DNA of 64,000 nt. It comes from a virus. Of the stretch, positions 32,871 to 42,128 are shown in pieces. The translations under genes were made by a program, and so were the position numbers. How positions within the stretch are numbered: position 1 is the stretch's first letter; each line of letters starts with the position of its first letter. Under the pieces are notes generated by a model. The model saw only the letters and a list, made by a program, of their open reading frames with translations, had not been told where the DNA came from and did no database searches. The stretch covers positions 108,362 through 172,361 of IMG/VR virus record IMGVR_UViG_3300030329_005813, one strand, 5' to 3'.

Positions 32871-33537
32871 CGATAATCTCCAAGTTTTTTAACGTTGGCA
32901 AATCTGCATTGGTAATCATCTTGAAATTAACATCGGGATTGCGCTTCACCACGTCAATAAAGTGCTCAACCATATTTGTTCTATCCATTTTGGCCTTTTG
33001 CTGCTTCAATGGGGCCTGCCAAGGACGTCGGAAAAGATAGTCATTCTGGTAGAAATCAAGTCCAACAACCCACAAATTCTTGGGTTTCAGCATATGAGCA
33101 GCGTAAATAATGGCCAAAACACCAGTATTTGGATGTTTTTTAGCGTAATTGCCCACCCCTTGAAAGAAATCGTTGTATCCAAGCAGCTCTTCTGGTAGCA
33201 TATGGCATTTAAGATTATAGCTTTCATAAAGACGTTTCATACCCAATATCATATGATCTAATTCACATTTGGTAAATTGAATATTTTGAATGTTAAGCTC
33301 TTTGTAATGTTCAGGTAGCAATGGGGCCGTATCTAGACGGTTTACAAAGTGAACTATTTCTTTACCTTTTAGTTCCGGTGCAACAATAGAGTACTCTGAG
33401 TCTTCGTTGTTTATGTTTCTATCAAAGTTGTTGACCATATAACAGTGATTAAACTTGTCGGATACTTGTGGTAGTCTGGCTACACTTGCACCTTTTAAAA
33501 TGACACCAAAGTCATTTAAGTTTTTTGGAAAGTACAC
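32863..33537 (-). CDS. Second GT29/Maf-like nonulosonate transferase-like protein
   Basis: ILKGASV and PNTGVLAIIYAAHMLKPKNLWVVGLDFY (P-x-T-G...G-x-D-F-Y motif). Confidence 0.55.
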   Translation of the reverse strand: MYFPKNLNDFGVILKGASVARLPQVSDKFNHCYMVNNFDRNINNEDSEYSIVAPELKGKEIVHFVNRLDTAPLLPEHYKELNIQNIQFTKCELDHMILGMKRLYESYNLKCHMLPEELLGYNDFFQGVGNYAKKHPNTGVLAIIYAAHMLKPKNLWVVGLDFYQNDYLFRRPWQAPLKQQKAKMDRTNMVEHFIDVVKRNPDVNFKMITNADLPTLKNLEIIGA

Positions 33538-33539
33538 TG

Positions 33540-34382
33540 TTACCTCGTAATCATAAAACTGCGAACGATTTTACGACTGCCTGAATCCATATGTTCGTGA
33601 CAAGCAAACTTAGCTAAATGATCATTGCTTACATTATTATACAACCCTCGATGAAACCCATCTGTGTGTATCGTGCGAACCGGTTCATACCCTGCCATTT
33701 TGAACAGCTGTGGTTGTGGAACTGGCGTTGCAATAACCCACTTGCTGTTGAACCCAATCTTAAAATACTCTCGAAGAATCTTTTCAAAATCATTGTCATT
33801 GTCATAGGTGTTTGGATGGACTTCAAGAAGAATATTAGTGTGCCCTTCGTTCTTAGAAAAATAGTTTAGGCCACCTTCAAAAATCTTGACTTCGTGTCCT
33901 TCAACATCCATTTTTATGAAATTAGGATAACGACGGTCTTGCAGAAACGTCTCAAGCGAGTAGCAAGGTATATTTTTCTTGTTAACACTATATTTGTTCC
34001 TCTTAACACTGCTTAAGTTAGGTTTTGAGGCTTCCCAAAACTCTACTACACCATCGTGTCCAGAAATGGCACACTTAGTAACTTCACACCTATCGTTATA
34101 ATCATTATCTTCTACATTTTTACGCAATATATCAATACTCTGAGAGTCTGGTTCTACGGCGTATACAAAGCCTTCAGGGCCTACGTTTCGTAGCATAGGC
34201 AAAGTAGTGTATCCAATGTTACCACCCAAGTCTAGGCACACCATACCCTCCTTAACGGTCTCATTAAGCAGAGACATAAAAGCCTTTTCGCGGCCGCCTT
34301 GATAGTACAAGACACTAGAGATGCCTCCGTCATTAATGTTTAGATTCATTTTAAAATCGTCAATCTGTTTTTGTACAAGCAT
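33540..34382 (-). CDS. FkbM-family SAM methyltransferase
   Basis: LDLGGNIGY, YAVEPD, FIKMDVEGHE. Confidence 0.9.
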   Translation of the reverse strand: MLVQKQIDDFKMNLNINDGGISSVLYYQGGREKAFMSLLNETVKEGMVCLDLGGNIGYTTLPMLRNVGPEGFVYAVEPDSQSIDILRKNVEDNDYNDRCEVTKCAISGHDGVVEFWEASKPNLSSVKRNKYSVNKKNIPCYSLETFLQDRRYPNFIKMDVEGHEVKIFEGGLNYFSKNEGHTNILLEVHPNTYDNDNDFEKILREYFKIGFNSKWVIATPVPQPQLFKMAGYEPVRTIHTDGFHRGLYNNVSNDHLAKFACHEHMDSGSRKIVRSFMITR

Positions 34383-35286
34383 TTAGTGTCTCCTCTAGAA
34401 AAGTTGCATATCTTTCAGATACATCAACCATATCAATATTACTATTATAACCGTTTGTTATAACTTTGTCAAACTTCATTTCAGGTAAATTTGTAGTACT
34501 AGCTGGGCTATAGTCCCACGGCTCTTCATATATTACAATCGCATCGGGTCCAGCTATCTCTTTAGTGCCAGCTATCGATGAACAAATAACTTGACACCCA
34601 GCGGCTCTTGCATCCACCACTGTGTTTGGACAAGAATCATATCTTGCTAAATGTATAAAATATTTAGATCTCTTGTATAGGGCATATAAGTTTTGGATAT
34701 CAATATCACCAACAAAAAATATTCTATCGTGTATAATAGTGTCTTTGACGTCAACGTGACCAGCAACAACTAAACAATCGTTAGGCCCGGAATGTTCTAA
34801 GAAATATTTTATATTTTCTTTTAATCTTTTCCATCTGCGCCAAGTTGCGGCGGAACACCATATGGTCTCAAACTTATCAAGAATTGGGTGACCCAAGGGC
34901 GCTATAGAGTTCATATACTCTATGTCAGCACCGTTGTTGACTACGGTATAGTTTGGGTGCTCTCCAAAATATTTAAATGAAATATCTCTATTAAACTCTG
35001 ATTGGAAGATTACGCCGTCAGCTTGGCTATAGGAGCGCAATATATTACTATTACGCAATTCATAGTTTTGATCCGGGTCAAAATAAATACCGTCTAGTCT
35101 TAATACTAGTGGTTCTGTTTTGACTATTTGTCGAGTTTCAATAAATGACAGCTTGATATCGGCACCATCCTGCGGAGGGACCAAGCATCGATGACCTAGA
35201 CGATCTAGATATTTAATAAGCTTTGTCCCAAAATGATTTGGGCCTGAGCGCGACATTATGTTAACGTTATCAAATAATACGTTCAT
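34360..35286 (-). CDS. Glycosyltransferase family 4 (GT-B)
   Basis: SGPNHF, IFQSEF, VVNNG, KRL, DSCPNTVVDARAAGC...GTKE. Confidence 0.85.
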   Translation of the reverse strand: MNVLFDNVNIMSRSGPNHFGTKLIKYLDRLGHRCLVPPQDGADIKLSFIETRQIVKTEPLVLRLDGIYFDPDQNYELRNSNILRSYSQADGVIFQSEFNRDISFKYFGEHPNYTVVNNGADIEYMNSIAPLGHPILDKFETIWCSAATWRRWKRLKENIKYFLEHSGPNDCLVVAGHVDVKDTIIHDRIFFVGDIDIQNLYALYKRSKYFIHLARYDSCPNTVVDARAAGCQVICSSIAGTKEIAGPDAIVIYEEPWDYSPASTTNLPEMKFDKVITNGYNSNIDMVDVSERYATFLEETLNACTKTD

Positions 35287-35287
35287 T

Positions 35288-35899
35288 TTATTTTGGTGTT
35301 GCAATAATAACTTGACACTCTTTTTGCATTGGTGTCATAAAGTGTTTTTCGATATTAAAATGTTGTGAGATATAATTTCCAAACTCTCTAAATGACCACT
35401 CCCTAACATGCATAGTGTTGTGTGGTGGCCCATTAACTTTTACATCCCAACCAAAACTTTTCTGTAGAGCCTGTATAACATCTCTATCGGGAGTCGAAAT
35501 AACAAGGTGCTTAAAGTTTATATTTCCAATAAACGCTAGAAGCTCATCTGGATCTAAAACGTGTTCCACAACATCCGAACATATAATCAAATCAAATGGC
35601 TCTTCCGGGGGACTATTGAAGTCTGATTTTCTAAAATCGTAAAGAGGGTATTTGTCTTTAATAAAGGACAAATTGGGCTCTAGATCTAGACCGACAAACT
35701 TTTTATCTCTAAAATACTTTATGAGCTTGTAGGCTGAACCGCAACCAATATCTAGTACTGTTTTATATTTGTTTTCAACGCATAACTTGCGAGCAGCTTG
35801 ATACACTTCATCTTGAAACTGATCTGTATGCGACATTTGTTCGCAAGTTACGAACTCTGTTCGATGCGTATACCCTTCATAAATGCAGTAATCTTTCAT
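35288..35899 (-). CDS. Class I SAM-dependent methyltransferase
   Basis: VLDIGCGS, FDLIICSDVVEHV, ISTP, HVREWS. Confidence 0.9.
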   Translation of the reverse strand: MKDYCIYEGYTHRTEFVTCEQMSHTDQFQDEVYQAARKLCVENKYKTVLDIGCGSAYKLIKYFRDKKFVGLDLEPNLSFIKDKYPLYDFRKSDFNSPPEEPFDLIICSDVVEHVLDPDELLAFIGNINFKHLVISTPDRDVIQALQKSFGWDVKVNGPPHNTMHVREWSFREFGNYISQHFNIEKHFMTPMQKECQVIIATPK

Positions 35900-36620
35900 A
35901 GGGCCTCTTAAAACGTATTTGTTGTTCTATTCTAAGCTGATCTTTACGATGGATCCTATCAACAGAAATAGGATTTTTTCTATTGTATACATACATAATC
36001 TGCTTAATCTCACGAAAATGTTCTGGGCCGGACATTTCGGCCATCGGGTACATCATTGCTTGATCAAATGTAAACTTATAAAAGTCGCCGTCTTCATCTT
36101 TTAAATCATCAAGTTTAATTTTTAAAAACAACTCTCTCCTAAAAGTTCTAAGATGTGATATGGTCCACGGCTTCATACGAATGTTGCCTTGCCAGTATCT
36201 ATCAACAATACTCGGACAGCTTATCATACCGGCCATATTATCGATATATGAACCAGCAGTCATCCAAACATCGCCAGAGTTATATACATCATTAAGCTTA
36301 CTTAAAATGCTGTCAGACGGAAACCAATCATCTCCGTCAAGCGTAACAATAATAGAATTTTCTTTGGCGCCTTGAATATGGTGGTATAGATTGTATAAAG
36401 CTTTTTGATTTGTTTTGTTGTTTACAATCTTGACCTTTGCAGCAGTCTCTGCTTCATCAAGTACTTGTTGTACAACTGTGGCTGTTTCATCTGTTGAACA
36501 ATCATTAATGTATACTATATCATAGTTATTGTAGTCTTGCCCCAGCGCTGAGCCTAGGCACTTTTGTACCCAGGACTCATTGTTGTACGATGGTATAATT
36601 ATAGTAAAATGATTATCCAT
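35877..36620 (-). CDS. Glycosyltransferase family 2
   Basis: IIIPSYN, INDCSTD, TLDGDD. Confidence 0.9.
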   Translation of the reverse strand: MDNHFTIIIPSYNNESWVQKCLGSALGQDYNNYDIVYINDCSTDETATVVQQVLDEAETAAKVKIVNNKTNQKALYNLYHHIQGAKENSIIVTLDGDDWFPSDSILSKLNDVYNSGDVWMTAGSYIDNMAGMISCPSIVDRYWQGNIRMKPWTISHLRTFRRELFLKIKLDDLKDEDGDFYKFTFDQAMMYPMAEMSGPEHFREIKQIMYVYNRKNPISVDRIHRKDQLRIEQQIRFKRPYERLLHL

Positions 36621-38718
36621 TAAAAGCATTCATCCAAAAATAATCTTTTCTAGTTTTTAGATACTTTATAATTTCTTCATTTGGCTGATTAAACCACTCT
36701 TCATTACGATGCTGAACATACTCGTTTGTATGTAGCTGGCATCCTAATAGCTTGGCTTCAATGGCTAACCTGGGGCAAGTATCGTAGCCAGCTGGCAAAG
36801 CACAGAGGCCTTTGGCCTGCGCTAACCTTTTAAGAAACTGGTTGTATTCCATTCCAAAAATAACTTCGTGTTCAACATTGTTTTCTTTACACCAATTTTC
36901 TGACTGCGTGGCGCCCTTAACCCAACTATTTGATCCAAGAACAATCCATTTATTATCGCGAGGCTCATTTTCATACTTTCGATTTAAAAGATCAATTCTT
37001 TCAAAGAACTGATCATCAAACAAGGAGGACAATACATATGTATTTTTTCCATTAACGCTAGGTAACGTATCTTGGTATATCTTTCGCTGCTCTTCGGACA
37101 TAAAAAATGTTGACTTAGAGTTGGTAACAAACTCTTCTATAATAGCACCACGCTCTGTTGCTTTGTAATCACAACTTTCGCCTTCAATGTAATCATATAA
37201 AATTGGATTTCTATGCTTACAAAATTTATAATCAAACTCTACAAATGAATACTGTATTTTACTATCGATAATATAACGAATAACTTCCGAGCTTAGGCCG
37301 GCTATATTTCCAAATACCCATTTACTCTCTTTGCAAAAATCCACAAATTCTTCGTCAACCATAGAAGAGTTAACCAGCGTAGTCGAACCAGGACTTGATT
37401 CAAATAATGTCTTAAGGCTCAACTCTGCCCCGCCTGCATATTGCTGGTGGAATAGATCTGACACAAATACATACTCTGTGGCCTCTAGCTTTGCATCGCC
37501 AACAACGTGGTTAGTAAATTGATCGTACAGCTTGTCTTTTGTAAAATTTTCTAAAATATGCTCTTGTAATGCTTGCGCCATTTTTAAAGCTTTATCATAT
37601 CTTTTTCTTATCTTACGAAGCTCCATCTTGTAGCTTCCCTGGTGTGGAAAGCACCACATTGAGCCCTCTTCTATAACACCTTGCCATAGCGCTTCTTTTT
37701 GAACAGGGCGCATATCGTAAGTTACATTATTAAAAAGCGCTCGGACTTTTTTCTTCTTACCGCCACTGGGGCCAGTGGCCATAGCATACAAGAAATCTGT
37801 TTGACCGCTCCAGCCTGGGGCGATAATTGGCAAGCCGTTGTATGCTGCCTCAAATAAAGGTAAGCCATACCCTTCACCGTGAGTAAGCGAAATCATACAC
37901 TTAACTTTAGGGTGTTGATACAAAGCTGTCAACTCTTCAGGAGACATATCTCCGTGCAACAAATAAACCTTACATTTTCTATCTGGGTAGGCCTTCAGCA
38001 ATGGTTTAAGTCTTTCTTCTAAGGTAAACTCTTTATCAATCTTGCAATTAGCTTGTGAGTTGGTCTTAATTATTAGTCCGACCTCTTCATCGATATTCTC
38101 TTCAATAAACCATTTAATAGAGTTTTCTATATTTTTTCGCGTTGACCATTGCGCCATTAAAAGATAGTTAAAATCATACTCTAAGTCTAAATTAAAATTT
38201 GCATCTGGCTCAAACTCTCTGACCGGGTAGTTAACTACTTCGATGGGTGTTTTGACTTGTAAATTAATTTTTTCACCGGTTTGTTTATTGTACGCTTCAT
38301 AGGCTGAGTTAACGAACACATCTTTGGAGTGATTCGAGACAACAATAATCTTGTCCATCATATTGGCTTTCTCAATCCAAACCGGTGCTACTCGGGTAGT
38401 TTCGATGCCGGCGGTGTAACCAATATTGACATCGGCCATTTTTTCCCACTCATTAGGAATGGTAATTTGGAGGGATAGATCAAAATGAGGATTTTCTTCT
38501 GACTGTAGATACATAGCAGTGCGTCGAATGTGGTTATCCATCCATTGACGCTCTTCATTATCATCATTAATCCAATTGGTATTTCCCCAAGGTATTGGAA
38601 CTACATAAATGTCAAATTTATCTTCGTGCTTCCTAAGCGATCTTAGGGCAAACCTGCTCTGCTCACCATAGCCAGACATAGATAAGACTGGTCCTCTTAC
38701 GATAATTTTAAACTTCAT
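36613..38718 (-). CDS. Two-module GT4-like glycosyltransferase, 701 aa
   Basis: SGYG, RKN, HGEGYGLPLFEA in the first module; GGAELS, KG, DTCPRLAIEAKLLGC in the second. Confidence 0.85.
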   Translation of the reverse strand: MKFKIIVRGPVLSMSGYGEQSRFALRSLRKHEDKFDIYVVPIPWGNTNWINDDNEERQWMDNHIRRTAMYLQSEENPHFDLSLQITIPNEWEKMADVNIGYTAGIETTRVAPVWIEKANMMDKIIVVSNHSKDVFVNSAYEAYNKQTGEKINLQVKTPIEVVNYPVREFEPDANFNLDLEYDFNYLLMAQWSTRKNIENSIKWFIEENIDEEVGLIIKTNSQANCKIDKEFTLEERLKPLLKAYPDRKCKVYLLHGDMSPEELTALYQHPKVKCMISLTHGEGYGLPLFEAAYNGLPIIAPGWSGQTDFLYAMATGPSGGKKKKVRALFNNVTYDMRPVQKEALWQGVIEEGSMWCFPHQGSYKMELRKIRKRYDKALKMAQALQEHILENFTKDKLYDQFTNHVVGDAKLEATEYVFVSDLFHQQYAGGAELSLKTLFESSPGSTTLVNSSMVDEEFVDFCKESKWVFGNIAGLSSEVIRYIIDSKIQYSFVEFDYKFCKHRNPILYDYIEGESCDYKATERGAIIEEFVTNSKSTFFMSEEQRKIYQDTLPSVNGKNTYVLSSLFDDQFFERIDLLNRKYENEPRDNKWIVLGSNSWVKGATQSENWCKENNVEHEVIFGMEYNQFLKRLAQAKGLCALPAGYDTCPRLAIEAKLLGCQLHTNEYVQHRNEEWFNQPNEEIIKYLKTRKDYFWMNAFNG

Positions 38719-39974
38719 GCTACCTCCTCAAAAGTCCACGGCCTATACTCTTTACGAGTTGACCAAGAACCATATTTTTCGTGAATGTGATCCATCAAAT
38801 CAACCCACTTTTGTCCAAAATCAGCAAAATTGTAATTTTTAAGAACGTGCTCGCGTCCGGCAGCTCCTAATTTTTGTCGCTCTTCTTTTGGCATATTATA
38901 CATTGTTCGAAGTGCATTTAAAAAATCTTCTTTATTTAACCTATCTTCGTAGATATAAGGCACCTCTTGAGAGCCAATAATAGTTTTTGACGCAGGAGTC
39001 AATCCAATGCCAAACCAGTTTTCTCCATCGGTAACTTGTTCTTGAAGGCCGCCTGTCATATTAACTATAATAGGTACTCCACTTGAGAGAGATTCTAAAG
39101 TTGCCAACCCAAAACCTTCAGCATCAGAAATATTGATTGTACAATCTGAAATGTTATACATCTTGGCTAACTGATCTGGAGCAACCTTTTGATCTGAAAT
39201 CAATATACGATTATCAGTAGCCCCAATATTTTTCATAATAGCTACTAAATCTTGACCGTGTTGATCGGTAGGATCTGTATGCATAATTAAACGAACATTT
39301 TCTGGACCGACTTCATCGGCAAACTCATTAAACCAGTGAATTAGTGTGCCACTTTGTTTACGTCGTGCATTTCTGTTGTTCCAAAAAAACGTAAACCTGT
39401 CGTCAAAGTCAGGAAACATATGTTCCATAAAATGTTCTTTTTCTTCATCAGTCCGAGGCTTAAAGATGTCGGCGTCGACTGCATGAGGCATATAATGATT
39501 TTCAACATCTGGGGCAACGTTGTTAACAATATCGTATGTTACCTTTGAGATACTAGCAATTACATCATTTGAGTCATAAAACTTCTTATTAAACATAGGG
39601 AGCGGATAATTGTCCCAAACATGATAATAAATCATAGGGACATTTTTACGAATCTCATTTTCGATTTGCCACAGCCAACCATAAAACCTAGGATCCGTCA
39701 TAAACCATACCATATCTGGCTTTTCATTCCAGATTACAGAACGAACCATTTCAACTGTTCCGTATCCATCTACAGGCTGAATAATCCAGTCGTCGCCGAA
39801 GCCTTCTACCTTTTGTGGTTTATAGTCTGGGTGCTTAATCGCACCGCCGAAACATATAAACTTATATCTACCAGTCTTGATTAACGCCTCAATAATGTAC
39901 TTTGTCTGTGTGCCAACACCAGATGGAGCCATCGGGTGATCTGATATCACAAAAACTTTAATTTTTTCGCTCAT
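38715..39974 (-). CDS. Glycosyltransferase family 4
   Basis: SDHPMAPSGVG, PHAVD, NRNARRK, AEGFGLATLESLSSGVP...TGGLQE. Confidence 0.9.
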   Translation of the reverse strand: MSEKIKVFVISDHPMAPSGVGTQTKYIIEALIKTGRYKFICFGGAIKHPDYKPQKVEGFGDDWIIQPVDGYGTVEMVRSVIWNEKPDMVWFMTDPRFYGWLWQIENEIRKNVPMIYYHVWDNYPLPMFNKKFYDSNDVIASISKVTYDIVNNVAPDVENHYMPHAVDADIFKPRTDEEKEHFMEHMFPDFDDRFTFFWNNRNARRKQSGTLIHWFNEFADEVGPENVRLIMHTDPTDQHGQDLVAIMKNIGATDNRILISDQKVAPDQLAKMYNISDCTINISDAEGFGLATLESLSSGVPIIVNMTGGLQEQVTDGENWFGIGLTPASKTIIGSQEVPYIYEDRLNKEDFLNALRTMYNMPKEERQKLGAAGREHVLKNYNFADFGQKWVDLMDHIHEKYGSWSTRKEYRPWTFEEVA

Positions 39975-39983
39975 TTAAAACCT

Positions 39984-40745
39984 CTATCTACAGTGCGCTG
40001 TTTTATAAAATGCACAGCCTTTGCAGGATAATCTATTTTTAAAAGAAAGGTTTCTTTTAATGTTTATTACTGCTTTTTCTAAAAATCCTAAAGCATTTTT
40101 AATTTTTCTTGGGCCGCTGGTCACTCTAAAAATTTCTGTATTATTTTTTTTGGCAGTCCTTTTAAGAAGACCAAAGTGAGTTTCAATATTTTCTAATGGA
40201 ATATTATGCTTTTTAGCCCAAAAATACTTATACAATGTTAACTGATAGTTAACAATTTTATCTGATTTTCTTTTAGAGTCCCAACCCCAGCTGGTTGTCT
40301 TCCAGTCAAGAATATGATATTTTCCATCTGGGGTCTTTACGACTAAATCTATATAACCTTTAAAGTTTAGATCGTGCTCTTCCATAGTTTCGTAAAGCTT
40401 TTCTTCGGTTGATACTACTTCACAGTTACCGAAATAGTTATCAAGCTCATCTCTGAAAGAAGAAATAATAGGCCGATACTGGATCATCATCTGTTCTTTG
40501 AGTGACTTGTCAATCTCGACCTCTTTGTCTTCGAGGGAGATAATTTCTTTAGCGAACTCTTCAAGAAAATGCTTTTCTCTATCTAAATTTTCGTCTAATA
40601 GCCCCTGCTCACAAACACTATGTATAGCAGTTCCAAATGCAGTATGCAGATTGCCTTTAAATCCATCAATTTTATCAATATATTGTAGTTTGTGTTTAAA
40701 TGGGCATTCGTGCCATAATTTTATTTCCGAATAGGAAACATGCAT
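39984..40745 (-). CDS. PD-(D/E)XK exonuclease, Cas4/AddB-like, with Fe-S cysteines
   Basis: SYSE...CP, FGTAIH, GYIDL, DWKT, QLTLY, C-terminal CKGCAFYKTAHC. Confidence 0.88.
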   Translation of the reverse strand: MHVSYSEIKLWHECPFKHKLQYIDKIDGFKGNLHTAFGTAIHSVCEQGLLDENLDREKHFLEEFAKEIISLEDKEVEIDKSLKEQMMIQYRPIISSFRDELDNYFGNCEVVSTEEKLYETMEEHDLNFKGYIDLVVKTPDGKYHILDWKTTSWGWDSKRKSDKIVNYQLTLYKYFWAKKHNIPLENIETHFGLLKRTAKKNNTEIFRVTSGPRKIKNALGFLEKAVINIKRNLSFKNRLSCKGCAFYKTAHCR

Positions 40746-41078
40746 TTATTCCTCAGTTGTACTCTTTTTAGCTGAAGCTCTAGTGCGTCGAGTACGCTTA
40801 GGTTTTGGTTGAGCTATTTCTTCTTTATCTAATATAACATTTTTTGTAGGTTTGTCAAGCACTTTTTTCTTAAAAGTCCAAGTTCCTTCAGTAATATCAT
40901 TTGCATTATTTAGATAAGCTGTTTCGACGGCCTCACCCAACTCATAACCTAATTTTTTAGCCTCAAGCACTACTTGACTAGTATTAACAATAGTCTTTCT
41001 CTTAATGCGTGTATTATAGGGTGATATACTTACGCAGACGCAATATAGATCGTCTTTTTCTTCAATTTTAATATCCAT
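40746..41078 (-). CDS. Hypothetical protein with a basic C-terminal tail
   Basis: ORF packed in the operon, overlapping the upstream stop codon. Confidence 0.6.
   Translation of the reverse strand: MDIKIEEKDDLYCVCVSISPYNTRIKRKTIVNTSQVVLEAKKLGYELGEAVETAYLNNANDITEGTWTFKKKVLDKPTKNVILDKEEIAQPKPKRTRRTRASAKKSTTEE
40831..40858 (-). promoter_or_regulatory. Sigma70-like promoter upstream of the nuclease and glycan cluster
   Basis: TTGACA-N16-TATATT on the minus strand, with a TGn extended -10 element. Confidence 0.55.
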
Positions 41079-41763
41079 TTATTAGTTCCTCTATTTTTTC
41101 TACTAGCTTCGGACTTAGTATTTTTAAATATCTTCTATCTTCACCATCAAGTAAATACTTTTCTAAACCACTGGAAAAATATTCACTGAGAGAGGTTGCG
41201 GCGTAGGGATTTAAAAATAAACCGTTAATTAAATAATTTAGATTTTCATAACCGATTTCACGATATAAAAAATTATCAATATCTTCTTGAAACTCTGTAT
41301 CTAAATAGTTTAGATTACTAATATTATAATTTTCAGCTTGAATTTTATAAAATAGCCTTTGACGTTTTCCCAAAAATTCTCTTTCTATTTTTTTATCACC
41401 GTATATTTGAAGGCCACTGTTTTGTTCTAGAGAGTGACCAGCCTCGTGAATTATATTCTCTACATAATCTAAATTATTATTTAAAATATTGGTTATATAA
41501 ATTGCTCCACTTTCGTACAGTGCTTCTAACTCTCGCTCTATTAAATCTAAAAACTGCCCAACATAAATTAAGTCTATTCCATCAAATAAGTGTGATGGAA
41601 CAAACTCCTCTATTTGTTCTATAATTAATTCAAAATCAACCATATCACTAATGATAGGATCTTGTATATAAATAAATACACGACCAAAGAGCAAATATTC
41701 TTTTTGTTGTTTTTTGCTTCTGTTGACAGAATTTTCAATTATTTTATGAATCTTCTGTTGCAT
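41068..41763 (-). CDS. Hypothetical protein with a zincin-like HExxH motif
   Basis: IIHEAGHSLE and a distal YAATSLSEYF. Confidence 0.6.
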   Translation of the reverse strand: MQQKIHKIIENSVNRSKKQQKEYLLFGRVFIYIQDPIISDMVDFELIIEQIEEFVPSHLFDGIDLIYVGQFLDLIERELEALYESGAIYITNILNNNLDYVENIIHEAGHSLEQNSGLQIYGDKKIEREFLGKRQRLFYKIQAENYNISNLNYLDTEFQEDIDNFLYREIGYENLNYLINGLFLNPYAATSLSEYFSSGLEKYLLDGEDRRYLKILSPKLVEKIEELINGY

Positions 41764-42073
41764 TTTCAGTCGCTTTCTTTTTTAACTCTTCTTCGTAGAG
41801 TCTCTTGCCCTCTTCCATATCATAAATGGCCTGATGATAACCACGCACCCAATTTTCTTCTGCTAAAGCCAAAAGAAATTCTGGAAACTCTTTTGCCATC
41901 ACCTCAATAACCATAGCAAGAGTAACTTCATCGTTTTCTGGATTGTGTTGGTTGCCTACATAGTTAACCAACCACTCTTTAAGGGGGCTGTCTTTTTCTA
42001 ATCCTTTTGCTAAGTCTGGATTGATCTCTCCATCTTTTAAATCGACTTTTGATTCAACAATATTTTGTTCCAT
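41744..42073 (-). CDS. Hypothetical protein
   Basis: AAGGAG SD, directly behind a consensus sigma70 promoter. Confidence 0.75.
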   Translation of the reverse strand: MEQNIVESKVDLKDGEINPDLAKGLEKDSPLKEWLVNYVGNQHNPENDEVTLAMVIEVMAKEFPEFLLALAEENWVRGYHQAIYDMEEGKRLYEEELKKKATENATEDS

Positions 42074-42094
42074 TATTGTCTCCTTTTATACTTT

Positions 42095-42123
42095 ATTATA
42101 ACCAAATATTGAGTACTTGTCAA
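42095..42123 (-). promoter_or_regulatory. Consensus sigma70 promoter
   Basis: TTGACA-N17-TATAAT on the minus strand, 21 nt before the ATG at 42073. Confidence 0.85.
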
Positions 42124-42128
42124 GTATT

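Noticed and set aside
26432-39974. Bacterial O-antigen/capsule locus or eukaryotic giant-virus origin
   Set aside because: There are no export or polymerase genes. The flanks are phage baseplate, gp55-like sigma, SD sequences, sigma70 promoters and tmRNA, all consistent with a bacteriophage.
39984-40745. Cas4-like gene as evidence of a CRISPR-Cas system
   Set aside because: No repeat-spacer array or other cas genes were seen, and stand-alone Cas4-like nucleases are common in phages.
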